A stretch of DNA of 64,000 bases from Azolla caroliniana (Eukaryota > Plantae > Polypodiophyta), in assembly GCA_043228905.1 (NCBI GenBank), contig JBHGNT010000003.1, positions 24,738,001 to 24,802,000 on the forward strand. Reading direction: 5' to 3'. Both the position numbers and the translations under genes were made by a program. Numbering within the stretch: the first letter of the stretch is position 1; each line of letters starts with the position of its first letter. A model generated the notes under the pieces. That model was not told the DNA's origin. It saw only the letters and a list, made by a program, of their open reading frames with translations, and ran no database searches. Below are positions 40,301 through 52,292 of the stretch, in pieces.

Positions 40301-42546
40301 TTGTACGATTATGTCATTGACATACATGTAGTGCACTCGTCCTCCATCTGTAATGGTGAATATGCTCCAAAGCTCTACATGACTTGTTTTACAGCCTCAA
40401 AAGAGGTACTTTGTACCATTATGTCATTGACATAGATTGCCAGAATGAGGATAAGGTTTTCAAGAAATCTAATGTATACATCTCAATCTGACTTGAGTCT
40501 CTTAAATCCTTGTTGAATGAGAAACTTTTGGAGGCAGTAATACCAAAAGTTAGAAGAGGATTGTTTAAGACCATGTAATGTCTTTTCTAGAAGACATGCA
40601 TAGTGAGAGTTAGTTGGATCTTGGAAGCATGGAGGCTGTTCCTTACTAATACCCGTATCTAAATTTCCATTTAGAAATACTGTTTCTATTTTATTTATTG
40701 TGACTTTTAAGAGCATACCTATAGCTAAATGAACCTGAATGATTGTGATTGGAAGTAAGCGAGCATAAGCATCGTAGTAGCTTTGCCTTGTAATTTACTG
40801 AAACATTTGGCAACTAGGCGAACTTTGTGTTGATATAGGGTGCCATCTAGGTTGAGCTTTTGCCTTAGTATCTATTTACACTTAATGATTTTGCAGTTCT
40901 TTGGTTGTGACACCACTAGTCTCCGTGTTCCTTTCCATTTGATAGAGTCCATTTATGATTGCATGGCGGCTCTCCATTGGGTTACCTCTGGTCCTTGAAG
41001 TGCCTTTCTAAAGTTTGTGATGGAGTTGTCTTATGATGAGGATATACCGTCAGTGATGTGGTGGCTGCATGGTTTTGTGACTTATGCTCTAAGCTGTTTT
41101 GTAATTTGGGTGTCTAGAGTGGAAGGAAAGTTGCTTCTAATGGTATATCTGATGTGCCACCACCTGATCTAGCCATCGACCTAAGATTACTACATAATGC
41201 CATTTAGTGATGCAGTGTATATTATGTTCCTTGTAGAGGCATTGATTGCAGGTATGGTGAGCATAATAGTAGGTATGGTGAGACTTAGAATTAAGAAAAT
41301 ATGTTTAAGGAGTTAAGAAATTGATATTTCATCTGTTTACAGCGAGTGGACCTATGATCGCCCAAGGAAAGAAATGAAACCAAAGATGAAAGGTCACAAG
41401 TGCGATCGTCTTGCTGCAGAGAAGTAATGCATCAATATGATTTTCTGTTACATTTTCTTTTATTGAGAGCATTGTCAACCTTATATTTTCTTTCGATTTT
41501 GCAGACGAGCAAGAACAGAGGAGCTGATGAAAAAGATGCCGCAGATGTTGTTTGACATGAAGGTGAGTTTTGTCGTTTTTAACTTGTATTGCAATGAGGA
41601 TTAGAGACATCATTTTTTTCATGCTTCAAAACAATCATATATATACACATGCATAAAAATGATGTGCATAAACTTTATATAACCATGATTCTGCGTGTAC
41701 AAAGCTTATCACCTAAAAATGCATGGTTCAAGAACGAATGGGCATTGTAATATCAATTAGGAAGCAATTCCTAGTTGCAGTAATGGAATTGCAAATTGTA
41801 CTATAGCTGGAAAATATTGACATTTTGTAATAAATAACATGATATTTGTGAATTCTTCTTTCCAGCATTAAGGTCATAAACGAGGGATTGTATGCTAAGC
41901 CCAATGTGATTTCACTGCCTATTTTAACCTTTCTTTTTCCAAATGGAATGATGATCAACTGCTTAGAACTTAAGAAAGGCCTCATGGTACTGGAGCTCTA
42001 GTTTATTACACCCCTTGTAAATGTCAATAATACGTCTATTGAAGAAAGAATAACGTGATGATTTATTGGGATCTTTGTTTGGACCATACAATCCTTAATT
42101 TGTTTCCTCATCTGAATCTCCAGCAACATTTTCGTTACAAATAAGTTTATGGATAAGCCGCTCATATGTTCTTACAAAAGACTGCATCTCAACATCACAA
42201 TGATGCAATACAATTCAGTGGGAAAAACTATGTCAATCACGAAAGCTTTCTTGGAATGTGGATAATGTCTATTGTCTAGAGAATGTTTGCTGTGTAGATA
42301 TGAATATCAGTGTTGTCATGCGTGTGTGCATTTACAAGCGACTATATTTTCGGAATGCTTTATATTTTCTTTATGGGTTTTTGAGGTTTCTTACTGTAAT
42401 ATCATATGCTTTGAAGGAAAACAAAACGCAAATAATAGTATGATGATCATTCAATTGGTCTTCATACACTGTTTAATTTTGTGTCTTCATGTTTGCAGAA
42501 AAGGACATGGGAGAGAAGGCTCAAGGCCAAGTTAGCGGATTCATAG
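37327..42546 (+). CDS. mL59: Mitochondrial ribosomal large-subunit protein mL59-like (MRPL25 family), 112 aa, 4 exons
   Basis: Exons 37327-37478, 41343-41423, 41505-41562, 42499-42546 (GT-AG, compatible phases, 339 nt). Product: MVFARVYKASQSLEELAKGFYGHWKDRKWVPAAISARYRARLRKETLLSGGEWTYDRPRKEMKPKMKGHKCDRLAAEKRARTEELMKKMPQMLFDMKKRTWERRLKAKLADS. The W.P..IS.R..A.LRK and KGHK...R...M.KMP.M motifs fit mL59; family name recalled, not searched. Confidence 0.85.
38050..41050 (-). mobile_element. Decayed Copia fragments (gag/protease-like and RT/RNase H) antisense in mL59 intron 1
   Basis: ORF 40483-40716 INKIETVFLNGNLDTGISKEQPPCF...CLLEKTLHGLKQSS...WY...KFLIQQGFKRLKSD matches Copia RT (DVKTAFLNG.L...IYM.QP.GF...CLL.K.LYGLKQ). 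Upstream CKWILRQKLNLDGTLYQHKVRLVAK; RNase H-like end near 39700-39830. Includes an internal ~120-bp duplication at 40223-40440. Confidence 0.7.
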
Positions 42547-45500
42547 TTATTTTTGAATCGATGGTGAGAAGCCACTATTTCTTTGAAGTTGCTCAACATA
42601 TCCAAAGACCCAAAGCATTTTTTATAAAACAAAAATGTTTTTCGAATGTGAGTGTCATGATCAGAACAGACAATTTTTTGCTTGATGTTCTCTCATTATT
42701 AAAGTTTGCTCAAGATATCAACTAAGAAGTTTAAAGAAGGATATCGTAGAGCATGGCATAAGTGTTATTGAGATAAAAAGACAGTTGTGTTAAAAGGTGC
42801 AGAGACACAACGATATTTCAAACTTTGAACAAGATCTGAAAATAATCGGTAAGCTATGGAATTTGAAAATACTGAGATTAGGCAATAGTTCTTAATAGTA
42901 GTGCATAGTATGAATGAGAGGTTCTGCTGCCGAAGTTGAGTGGTATTGCAATCTTATCTTGTGATCCTATTCTTGCCTCATGCATCTTGACAATATAGTA
43001 TGCAGTTTGATACAAATCTTCAGTTAATGATAATATCAAAAGTTTAATTAAGGCATTGTATTTTCATACGAGTTTTGTGCATATTCTACCTATCACTAGA
43101 ACCTTTTCATTTTTTACCACATCTATATTGACTAACTTTATGGTGAAACTCGCATTATGGGGTGAATGTTCCTTCTAGGGTAATTGTATTGAAAGGAACT
43201 GCTGAACATGATTGGTGTGTTGTGAGTTTAAATTTCCATTTATTTTTAATTATGTTCATCGAGGATGGTTGCAGTGGAGATTCTACAAAGACTGCTTGAA
43301 AAGTGTTTTAAGAAAAGTTTATTCAGAAATGTTTGGCAGGTATTTTGCTTAAACATTTAGTTTGTGGGTGAGCATCATGCAGTAATTTTAGAAATGATAT
43401 GTATTCTATATCTATATGTGCCTATGATAGATGTCCCCAGAATATTTTTTATGGTGGTGGGGCTAACAAGCAGGAGTGTGCCTGGAATATATGTACCTTA
43501 CTCATGACGAGAAACCATGCTTAAGTATACCCCAGCTGCCTTTATTAGAAGTGGGTCATGGCCAATGTGTCAATCCCAATTGCCAATGATAAATAATACA
43601 AAGGTTGTAAAACCCATGCATTGATCTAGTAGATAGAAGTGCAGGCAGACATTGTAGGCAAAACACGTCCTTAAACACTTCTTAATTAATTCATGATTCC
43701 TAGGACGGATGTATACATATGGCATGTTTTAGTTATAAGCTTACATAATGAGCAAACCTATAACGAGATTGTAGATACATTGTCATGATATGTATGGAAT
43801 GGGAAAATTGTTATTATATCTATATTTTATTATCTTAATAACAAAATTGTTAGCTCGTTTGCTTTAGAATACCATAGTTATGAGTCCTTGATCAATCTTA
43901 GGGTCGACATTCTCTTTTGTGTTGCCAAGTCTATGTTCATAAACAAGTAAAAAATTGACATTGCATTTGCATTCCCTCTCTTTTTCGATACACGTGGGTG
44001 ATTCTTGTTAGCTTATAAATAGTTTGTATCCTTACCTTTGGTCAAAGTTTATATATCTCTTTGCATCACCTATCATACAAGCAATGTTGAGGCAATGTCT
44101 TGAGACTTGTGATATGAGGGCATCAAATAATGTAGCTAAGTATATAGGGTAGTGTTCGTGGTGGACTTGTCTCCAACAAATTTATGTTAGTTCATGGGTG
44201 AAATGCATGATAGAGCTTGTTGGTAAAGTCATTAATGAGAGTTAAGGTGATGGTGATGGTGATGGTGATATTATATTATTCTATGGTTGGTGAGGAATAT
44301 GGCAAGATAATTATGATTCACACTAAATGGGATTGGGCCTTGGTGAGGAACATAACACAAGCTTTGAAGGGTTCTCGATTGAGTTTAAGGGTTTAGGTTT
44401 TTTTTAATTTTGCTATGCAATCACCCAAGTCTTGACGCATGGAGATGCTATATAAGTCCAAATCAATGGTAGGACTAGACAATTGTCTACCCATCCAAGC
44501 CATTTGAAAATATCACATGTGTAAAAATATTTTGAAAGAGTTGTAGAAATTGAATAGAAAACTCTTGCTTATTTACATGAATATGTGTGTCTTTTTTGTG
44601 TTGTGTCCTTGCGAAACAACAAAACATAATACACACCATAATTGATATGGTATGTGGATAATTACATAGTAATAATATACCAATGATTCTCATATTATTG
44701 TTTCATGACTTCTGGTTCTCCTCAATACTATATACCTGGATTTATGCTTTATTAAATACATGAAAATTGGAATTTGTCATATGTATCTTGAGTAATAAAA
44801 ATAGTTTGCATCGATATTGTCTCATTAGAGGGTGCAAATTTTGTTTCGCTTTTTTTAATCATCCGCTTAGATAGTTGAAGCAACATCCAAGTATTACTAA
44901 CATTGCAAAAATCCCAAATCAACTGTTTAATGTGTCCCATTTGCCATTTCTTAGCAATATCCTTGCTACAATGCATTTTATAGGAAGCCTTTCAAGAGAT
45001 AGGTGCTAAATGAAAATGGAATTCATGATTATTGTCGATATTGAAGGCATACGACACTGCATCGCCTACTTTTAGACTCAATAATAAAAGTGATGAAGTG
45101 GATATCCATGGAAAATGGTCATATATAATATAATCTATTTACATGTAGTCTATCTATATATTTGAAATTTGATTATCGTATTGTGTAATAAGGTATTGCA
45201 AAGTTCATTCATCCAAAGCAACGTGGTAAACATCTAAATAGAGATTACTTGCAAAGAAGAGCGGCTACTAGTGTTGTCCATTAATTTTGTGAATGATTTG
45301 TGTGCATTTATTGATCAAGGTGGATATAAAGGAGACCAATGATATTTACACGCATTTTATTGTTTATGTGCAGGAATTTGGTGGATTCGGCAAGATGGTT
45401 GATGATAACTTAACGAAGCAGTTATTATGTTTTTGATAAGGATGAGTGATGATGGTGTGGGGGCTGAAGAATAAGCTCATGAGGAGAGGAGGGAACTTGA

Positions 45501-45720
45501 CTTAATTTGTTGTTGTATGTACAGGAATTTGGTGTAATCCGGCAAATGCAAGTAGAAGAAATTTCTCCTGACTTTGCTTGATTTGTCTGTTTCTTGGAAG
45601 CTTGTTTTGGCTTAGAGTCTCTAACAAGAGGAGGGGAAAGGAAGGATTTGAAAAAGATCCTTTTATTGGTATAGTAAATGTGAACCAATAATTGAAGCCC
45701 GAGAGTTTTTTGATGGATTA

Positions 45721-45930
45721 TTGTTGGTTGGAGATGTGGTACAATGCACTGCCACGTTATTGGGCTATACTGAACATGATAAGAATGACGATGCTATACA
45801 ACTCTATCTTCAAATGCTTGTGCAAGGCCTCTTACCTAATATGATGACATTTTCTGGTATGTTGAAAGCATGTGGCAACATGGGAGATATACAAAAAGGG
45901 AACAACTTCCATGTTCAAATGTCCTCGTAA
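45721..45930 (+). pseudogene. Isolated PPR motif fragment
   Basis: DVVQCTATLLGYTEHDKNDDAIQLYLQMLVQGLLPNMMTFSGMLKACGNMGDIQKG is one P plus L motif, followed by stops. Confidence 0.7.
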
Positions 45931-48900
45931 AACATGGAGGTCACACAAACAAGTGCCGTATTGAGAAGTATGCTTGAAGATTAAGAAGTCTTCGCCATAA
46001 GACAAGCAAGAAGTCTTTTTGAATGGTCTCGTTTAATTTCCAGATATGCTCGAACGGAGAAACTGTGCAGAAAACATTTAGCACAATTATGGTTTCAAAT
46101 ATCGTCTCATAGAATGCACTAAAAAGAGGCTATAGAGACTATGGATATGCTGAGGAGGGGTTGTATTAGTTTTGAACAGATGCAACACAATATATGTATA
46201 TAGTTTTCCTTTAATTTTAATACCAATGGAGGATTTTTTTATGGAAAAAAAAAAATCCGGCAAGATGGTTGATGTGGAAAGAGAAAGCATTGTTGTTGAC
46301 TTTACAGTCAGGAATGTGAATAGTGGTTCTCTTGAAAAACCAAACAAAGTAGTTGATCTTCTTCAAATCCGAGATGTACAGGTTGAAGAAGTATTGAATG
46401 GCTCATAACTATGACCTGAGAGGGCTTCTTTCTAAATAGACCTACTTTTGTTGTTGTCTATGGATATGGATACCTTGCAATATGTCTAGGGAATAGATTG
46501 TAATTATTGGATTGTTTTCTCTATGTTGGAGTACATAGATTTGTTTCCTCAGCCATTATCTTGCATAAGACGGGCTTGGAAAAAAAGACTTTGTATGTTA
46601 AACCGTTGTGACCTTTCTATATAACTAATGGAAAGATTTTTTTTTTTGGAAAATAAAATAAAATGATATTTTGTTTTGAACATTTAAAAATGTGCACGAT
46701 TCTCGGAAAAGGATTGTTGCAATCATGACAAATGGCAGCAATGTTTTCCATTGATAACCAAGCTTTGGAGGAATAGACATTGTTTTGCCTCTACTATGAT
46801 CCGCATGTGAAAGAGGGTTTTCAAATACGAATAAAAAGATCAAAACCATTTCCCCCCTTTAAGTTTGTTCACATTTGTGGTCATGAATACAACAAGTGAG
46901 ACAAAATTTGATGAGGTTAGTCAATTGCACATCAAATTCTTAATGTTGGTCCCAATACTATGTTTCCTCATAGGCTTGTTGAGGGTTCTTATTTGATTTT
47001 TGGATACCTATTGGTGTATTTTCCTAGGTCATACTTTCAGACAAAGTTGTCAATTGGTGTGATTTGGTGGTTGTGTGACTTTGGATGTTCTTATATTTTA
47101 TTATAATCATTGATGTAGAATTACATATTATGAAAACAAGGAAAGTTTAGTAATGTATAATGTATATCTAAATGGTTAGAAGTGATGCCCACTAGCTCGA
47201 TTCCATATGTTCAAATCATCAAATGGCTATAACAAGTGCCTCCAACTAAGGGTTCAGAGGCCCTTGTCTCTAACATGTCGGTGTTTACATTTAAACAGGA
47301 CATAAGTGAAGGTGCTTATGCTAATTTTTGTCTTACCATCTCAAAATCTAGCACATACATTGATGATCAAGATTCTAGAAAGCTGGCACATACATTGACA
47401 AACATAATGCATCTCATATATTGCCAATGCTTGGTTATTTGGCCTTGAAAATTGGTCAACATTTGGAAAGTGTAACCTCGACTTCAAATGCAAATGTTGA
47501 TCCTTTTCTTTACTAGACAAGGTCTTTCGGCTATAAATGGTAGCGTGCACCATACCATGTCTTATGGTTGATGGTTTTATGATAGATGCGTCCTACATGC
47601 TACTTCGAGTAAACTACACTTTAAAATTCAACTAAAATGTAAAAGAATATCATAAGGTTTAACATACATAACTTGTAGTGATATGATGAATGGTTCATAT
47701 TGCTTCGTTCAATACCTAGTTGATTTAGTTGGACATGCAACGAGCATGTTACAAAAGATCCAAGTGAGGTAAAGTAATAAGATATAACTTCTTGTTGCTT
47801 TCTAAGGTAAAGCTAAGCTTGGAAATTGAATCATTTTATTCAAAAGAACATGGGAGATGTGTAACAAATGCATGAACCCTTGAAATTGAAACAATCATAA
47901 AACTAAATTCTATGTAACCTTTGGGCCATCTAATGCGAAAGAGCAAAAAAGGTTTTCCTCTTCTTTCATTGATGTGTTACTTTAATAATTTACTAGTTAT
48001 CTATGTCATTGATAACTGTATCAACATTGATCGCATGGGGATTGAGTGTTCGTGCACGCATCGGTGCTTACCACCAAGCTGCGAATTAAACTCTTAATAT
48101 AATGCATGCCAAGTAGATTGAAGTAAATGAATAGGTGGAGAATTGCCGCGTATCGATAAATAAGATATGGTTTACCAATACATTGCTAGGTGATGACAGA
48201 AGATGGGTTAGATATGAAAACTTCAAATATCTTGTACGAAATTATAACCATTGCTTTGCCAAACTTTCAAGGATGGAAACAAACAAAAATGATTAATATT
48301 ATCAAAATGAGTGGTGCGACTAGAGAGAATGCGTCTGATACATATTTTACACCATGACACTATCTGAATGCCAATAGTAGATAGGTTGGGTGATGAAGAA
48401 GATTTGTGGACATGTTCAAGATGGGTTCTTTAAATCAACATTCTAGTCTCTAGACATTGAGTGTGTGAAGCTAAAAGACAAAAATGAATAGCATGTGTTC
48501 ACCCAACTTTTTCAATGCATGAGAATTAGTGTGTTGGATACGAGATTTTCAATACTTAAAAAGTATCAATTGGGAAAACGACGTATTGCTCTCATAAAAA
48601 TATTGTGTTTGGTTGGCAAAACTCCAAGGGTTTGCTCAAGTACATTAGATGGATACAGATGGGGACTCTGTCATCTCCGTCGGTGTTCACACGGGGCCAT
48701 AAAGTAAAAATCATTGAAATGTTCAATCTCACACCTTATCCAATTACATAGATGGAATTGGACAAGAGGGGGAGTCTAAAACATTGTGAATTTGATCCGC
48801 CCATATCGAGTGTGAGCATTCAATTGCAGATATAACCAACTTGGGGGGGGGGGGGGGGGGGGGGGGCATTGTGCACATTCTAAGACGTCGTCATGGCCGC

Positions 48901-49498
48901 AAGAGAGACTTTTTGAAACACTCTGTTTGAGCTGCTCGGTTCCATAGAGGTGAAACCAACCACACGAAGTCGACACACACCCTCACTCCTAGCCTTGTCC
49001 GTCTCCCCCCAATGGAAGCATAACAAACCCAAAAAAAAGGATAGGCCCTGGATGTTATATACAATAAGGACGATGTCCGAGAGTGTGCACGTAATCCTGC
49101 CATTTCTCTTGCCTCAGAAACCCTCCTCCCCCCTCTTCGGGGTTACGGCCTTGTTTGCGGCATTACACTTGGAAATGCAGACAATATACATACATACATA
49201 CATACATACATACATACATGTGTTTAGAGCGAGAGGTGGATGGATCGATCTATCGAATATGTTATCGTGTAGATCGATCGACCATGTTATTTGTGTGGAT
49301 CGATCCATCATGTTCATAATGTGAGATCGATCGATCCATCAATGTTCATAATGTCAAAGCAAATAGAAGGATGCATAGATTGTTGGGACCATGGAACCCC
49401 TTCTCAATCCAAAAAAGAACATCTGACACACACACACACACACACATACATACATATATGTATGTATGTATATATTTTCTCACAACCCTCACTCATGG

Positions 49499-49673
49499 AA
49501 CCCTAATCTTCTTCTTCTTCTTCTTCACGGAACCCTAATCCTCTCTTCTTCCTCTTGTTCATTCATATTAGACCTTCAGCTTCTTCCACCTGTCCATTAA
49601 ACCCTAATCTTCTTCTTCTTCTTCTTCTTCTTCACGGAATCCTATTTTTCTTCTTCTCGTCGAAACCCTAATC
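49499..49673 (+). promoter_or_regulatory. Cluster of telo-box-like motifs (A)AACCCTAATC interspersed with (CTT)n upstream of the DUF3511 gene
   Basis: Motifs at 49499, 49531, 49599 and 49663, plus a degenerate one at ~49638. Function is inferred. Confidence 0.5.
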
Positions 49674-49961
49674 CGCTTCCAATCTGCTAGTTGTCTCCCG
49701 AACCTGCCTTCTTCTCTCAACCTTAAGCAACGAATAGGAGGTTCGTTGGATCACTGCAGAGGTTTCTCGTATCTTGTTTATTCTTCTTCTGAAACATCGA
49801 TCTCTTCAAACAGAGTGTTTTTCTCGTATCTTCTACATATCAAATCCATTTCTATACAGTTTTACTTGTCCCAAGTTCCTCCATCTCAATCTCTTCACAG
49901 TTGGTTTTTTCTTTTTTCCTTCTTACGAAGAAGAAACCATCTTTCTGTTTTGTGGAGATCA

Positions 49962-50354
49962 ATGGGGAGTCGGGCCGATTTTGATATGAACATGAAGGAA
50001 TTCACTCACTCAAAATCAATGGGATCCTATTCCCAATCACAGTTTAGACAGCAATCATCATCATCATCATCACCACACCGGTTTGCTATGAATTCGAACG
50101 GTAATATTCAGACCAGTAACAATTTTAATCATCAAGAACAAGGTCGTGCGAATTATAGTGGCAATGGAAACGCCCCAAGAATGACGAAATCCAAGAGTGG
50201 CTCATGGATCCTCGACGAGGCAGAGATTCAAAGACGAAAAAGGGTCGCGTCTTACAAGTCTTACACTGTGGAAGACAGGTTCAAGTCATCATTCCGTAAA
50301 AGCTTCCGTTGGATCAAAGACAAATGTTCAAACATTCGGCATGGATTGTGGTGA
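49962..50354 (+). CDS. DUF3511 family protein, 130 aa, intronless
   Basis: ATG at 49962 within ORF 49746-50354. C-terminal WILDEAEIQRRKRVASYKSYTVEDRFKSSFRKSFRWIKDKCSNIRHGLW is the plant DUF3511 signature. Confidence 0.9.
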   Translation: MGSRADFDMNMKEFTHSKSMGSYSQSQFRQQSSSSSSPHRFAMNSNGNIQTSNNFNHQEQGRANYSGNGNAPRMTKSKSGSWILDEAEIQRRKRVASYKSYTVEDRFKSSFRKSFRWIKDKCSNIRHGLW

Positions 50355-51277
50355 AAAGCAGGAAATAAATAAAGAAAATTCGTTGATATAAAAACAATTG
50401 ATAACACACTCTTTCTCTCTGCAAGCCAAATTCTTGGCTTTTGCCTTCCTTCTGCATTCTGAGTCATTCCCCTTAAATTCCGTTCTTTTCTTGGCTTTTT
50501 CCGCAATGACAGAATCTCTCTTATGCTTCTTTTCCCCTTTCCGTTCTTTTTTTTTTTGTTTGGCTATGGGCCTCATGATCTGAGGCATATTTTTCTTTTC
50601 TTTTCTTTTCGGCTATGGCTTTGAAATTTCTGATGATGGCTGTTGCATCTCAGATATGTTCCTGACCATAGCTTCTAAATCACGGGTCTTCTCTTCTGAA
50701 TTGTCTGTTTCCTTCGCTATGGATTCTTAATTAAAGAAGTTTTCTTGGCAAGCAATGAATTGCTGAATCGGTCTTCTTGGCTATATACTACTGAACCAGA
50801 CGTGACTGAAATGTTCTCTTCTTGGTTATTGGCTGCTCAAATCAGATGTCTTCTTGGCAGTGAATCAGACGTCTTCTTGGCAATGGCGTCTGAATCATTC
50901 TTTTGCAGATACGGCTATAGCCCTTTCTGGATTCATTTATGCATGTGGCTATGTCTACCGCCACCGCTTCTGAATCATCAATCGTTATTGGATATGGCCT
51001 TGGATTCACCTGAATCAATTGTGTATGGTTTAGCGACATCCATCTTCTCTCCAAATACCATGGCGGCGGCAGATTTGAGCAATTTATGTGGTGCCATTTT
51101 TGAGAGCCAGGAGGCAAACTGCAATCAATGGTCGTCATCTCTTTTGGTTTTTGCTCTCAAGCTCAAGCTTTGCTTGGATTTCCTGTAATTCCACTTAAGC
51201 TCTGGTAACTATTTCCACGCGCAAGCAATCATGTGCAGTATTTCGATTTCGAGAGGCAATCGAGTGTGCTATTACGG

Positions 51278-51445
51278 GAGGAATTGGTCATGTAAATTTG
51301 CTATCACACCCTGAGTAATTGGAGTTTGCTTTTGCTAGAGGAATTGGCGATGTAAATTTGCTACCACACCCTGAGTAATTGGAGTTTGCTTTTTGCTAGA
51401 GGAATTGGCGATGTAAATTTGCTACCACACCCTGAGTAATTGGAT
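51278..51445. repeat. ~58-bp minisatellite, ~3 copies
   Basis: Unit gaggaattggcgatgtaaatttgctaccacaccctgagtaattggagtttgcttttgcta. Confidence 0.95.
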
Positions 51446-51583
51446 GAAAAATTACACCGGAGTTTTCTGATTGTGGCCTCAAATGACCCTTCTTTTTCGA
51501 GCTATTTGGATTAGTTCTACGCAAGTAGAAATGCTCCCATCCATTTACATCCTCCGTCCTTCCATGGTTTATGTAACAAGGGA

Positions 51584-51792
51584 GCATTTTGTATGTTAAT
51601 GGGGATGAAATCAGAGTCTTAAGGGGCCATTTTGTATGTTAATGGGGATGAAATCAGAGTCTTAAGGGGCCATTTTGTATGTTAATGGGGATGAAATCAG
51701 AGTCTTAAGGGGCCATTTTGTGTGTTAATGGGGATGAAATCAGAGTCTTAAGGGGTCATGTTGTATGTTAATGGAGATGAAATCAGAGCCTT
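51584..51792. repeat. 43-bp minisatellite, ~4.8 copies
   Basis: Unit cattttgtatgttaatggggatgaaatcagagtcttaaggggc at 51585, 51628, 51671, 51714 and 51757. Confidence 0.95.
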
Positions 51793-51837
51793 CTCGTGTG
51801 ATTAAATTTTTAGCTTGTTCTCGTTGTACTGCATTCT

Positions 51838-52066
51838 AAACGCTTAATTAATTGTATGGTTTGATTGAGATCAAGTAAATGCTTAATTAATTATATGGTT
51901 TGATTGAGATCAAGTAAATGCTTAACTAATTATATGGTTTGATTGAGATCAAGTAAATGCTTAACTAATTATATGGTTTGATTGAGATCAAGTAAATGCT
52001 TAACTAATCATATGGTTTGATTGAGATCAAGTAAACGCTTAATTAATTATATGGATTGATTGAGGT
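51838..52066. repeat. 39-bp minisatellite, ~5.7 copies
   Basis: Unit gcttaa(t/c)taattatatggtttgattgagatcaagtaaat at 51842, 51881, 51920, 51959, 51998 and 52037. Confidence 0.95.
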
Positions 52067-52220
52067 AAATCAATCTTGCAAAGTCATGAATTGTCGACAG
52101 CGTCCTTAAAATACTCTGCAGCTTATTCGAATACATGTGCTGAGTTTTAAGCAATTTATCATAATCGATCTGAGAAATTATTTAGATGTTTAATAACTAT
52201 ATTCTATACCTCATCACGAA

Positions 52221-52292
52221 GCGTTTGTAGTCCAACGGTTAGGATAATTGCCTTCCAAGCAATAGACCCGGGTTCGACTCCCGGCAGACGCA
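52221..52292 (+). tRNA. tRNA-Gly: tRNA-Gly (anticodon TCC), nuclear type
   Basis: GCGTTTG acceptor stem pairs with CAGACGC; D-arm GTCC/GGAT; anticodon arm ATTGC-CTTCCAA-GCAAT; T-arm CCGGG-TTCGACT-CCCGG. No encoded CCA; T-run terminator at ~52299-52302. Confidence 0.97.

Noticed and set aside
50740-50885. miR169 target sites (TTCTTGGCTA resembles the complement of the miR169 5' end)
   Set aside because: Complementarity covers only ~10-13 nt with a bulge and does not extend over the miRNA 3' half, which is too little for plant-type targeting.
50745-51188. 147-aa ORF as a gene
   Set aside because: It starts at TTG, has no recognisable domain and overlaps the degenerate motif array; kept only as an alternative reading of that array.
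51278-52066. Regularly spaced repeats as a CRISPR array
   Set aside because: Units are head-to-tail with no unique spacers, there are no cas genes, and the context is eukaryotic.
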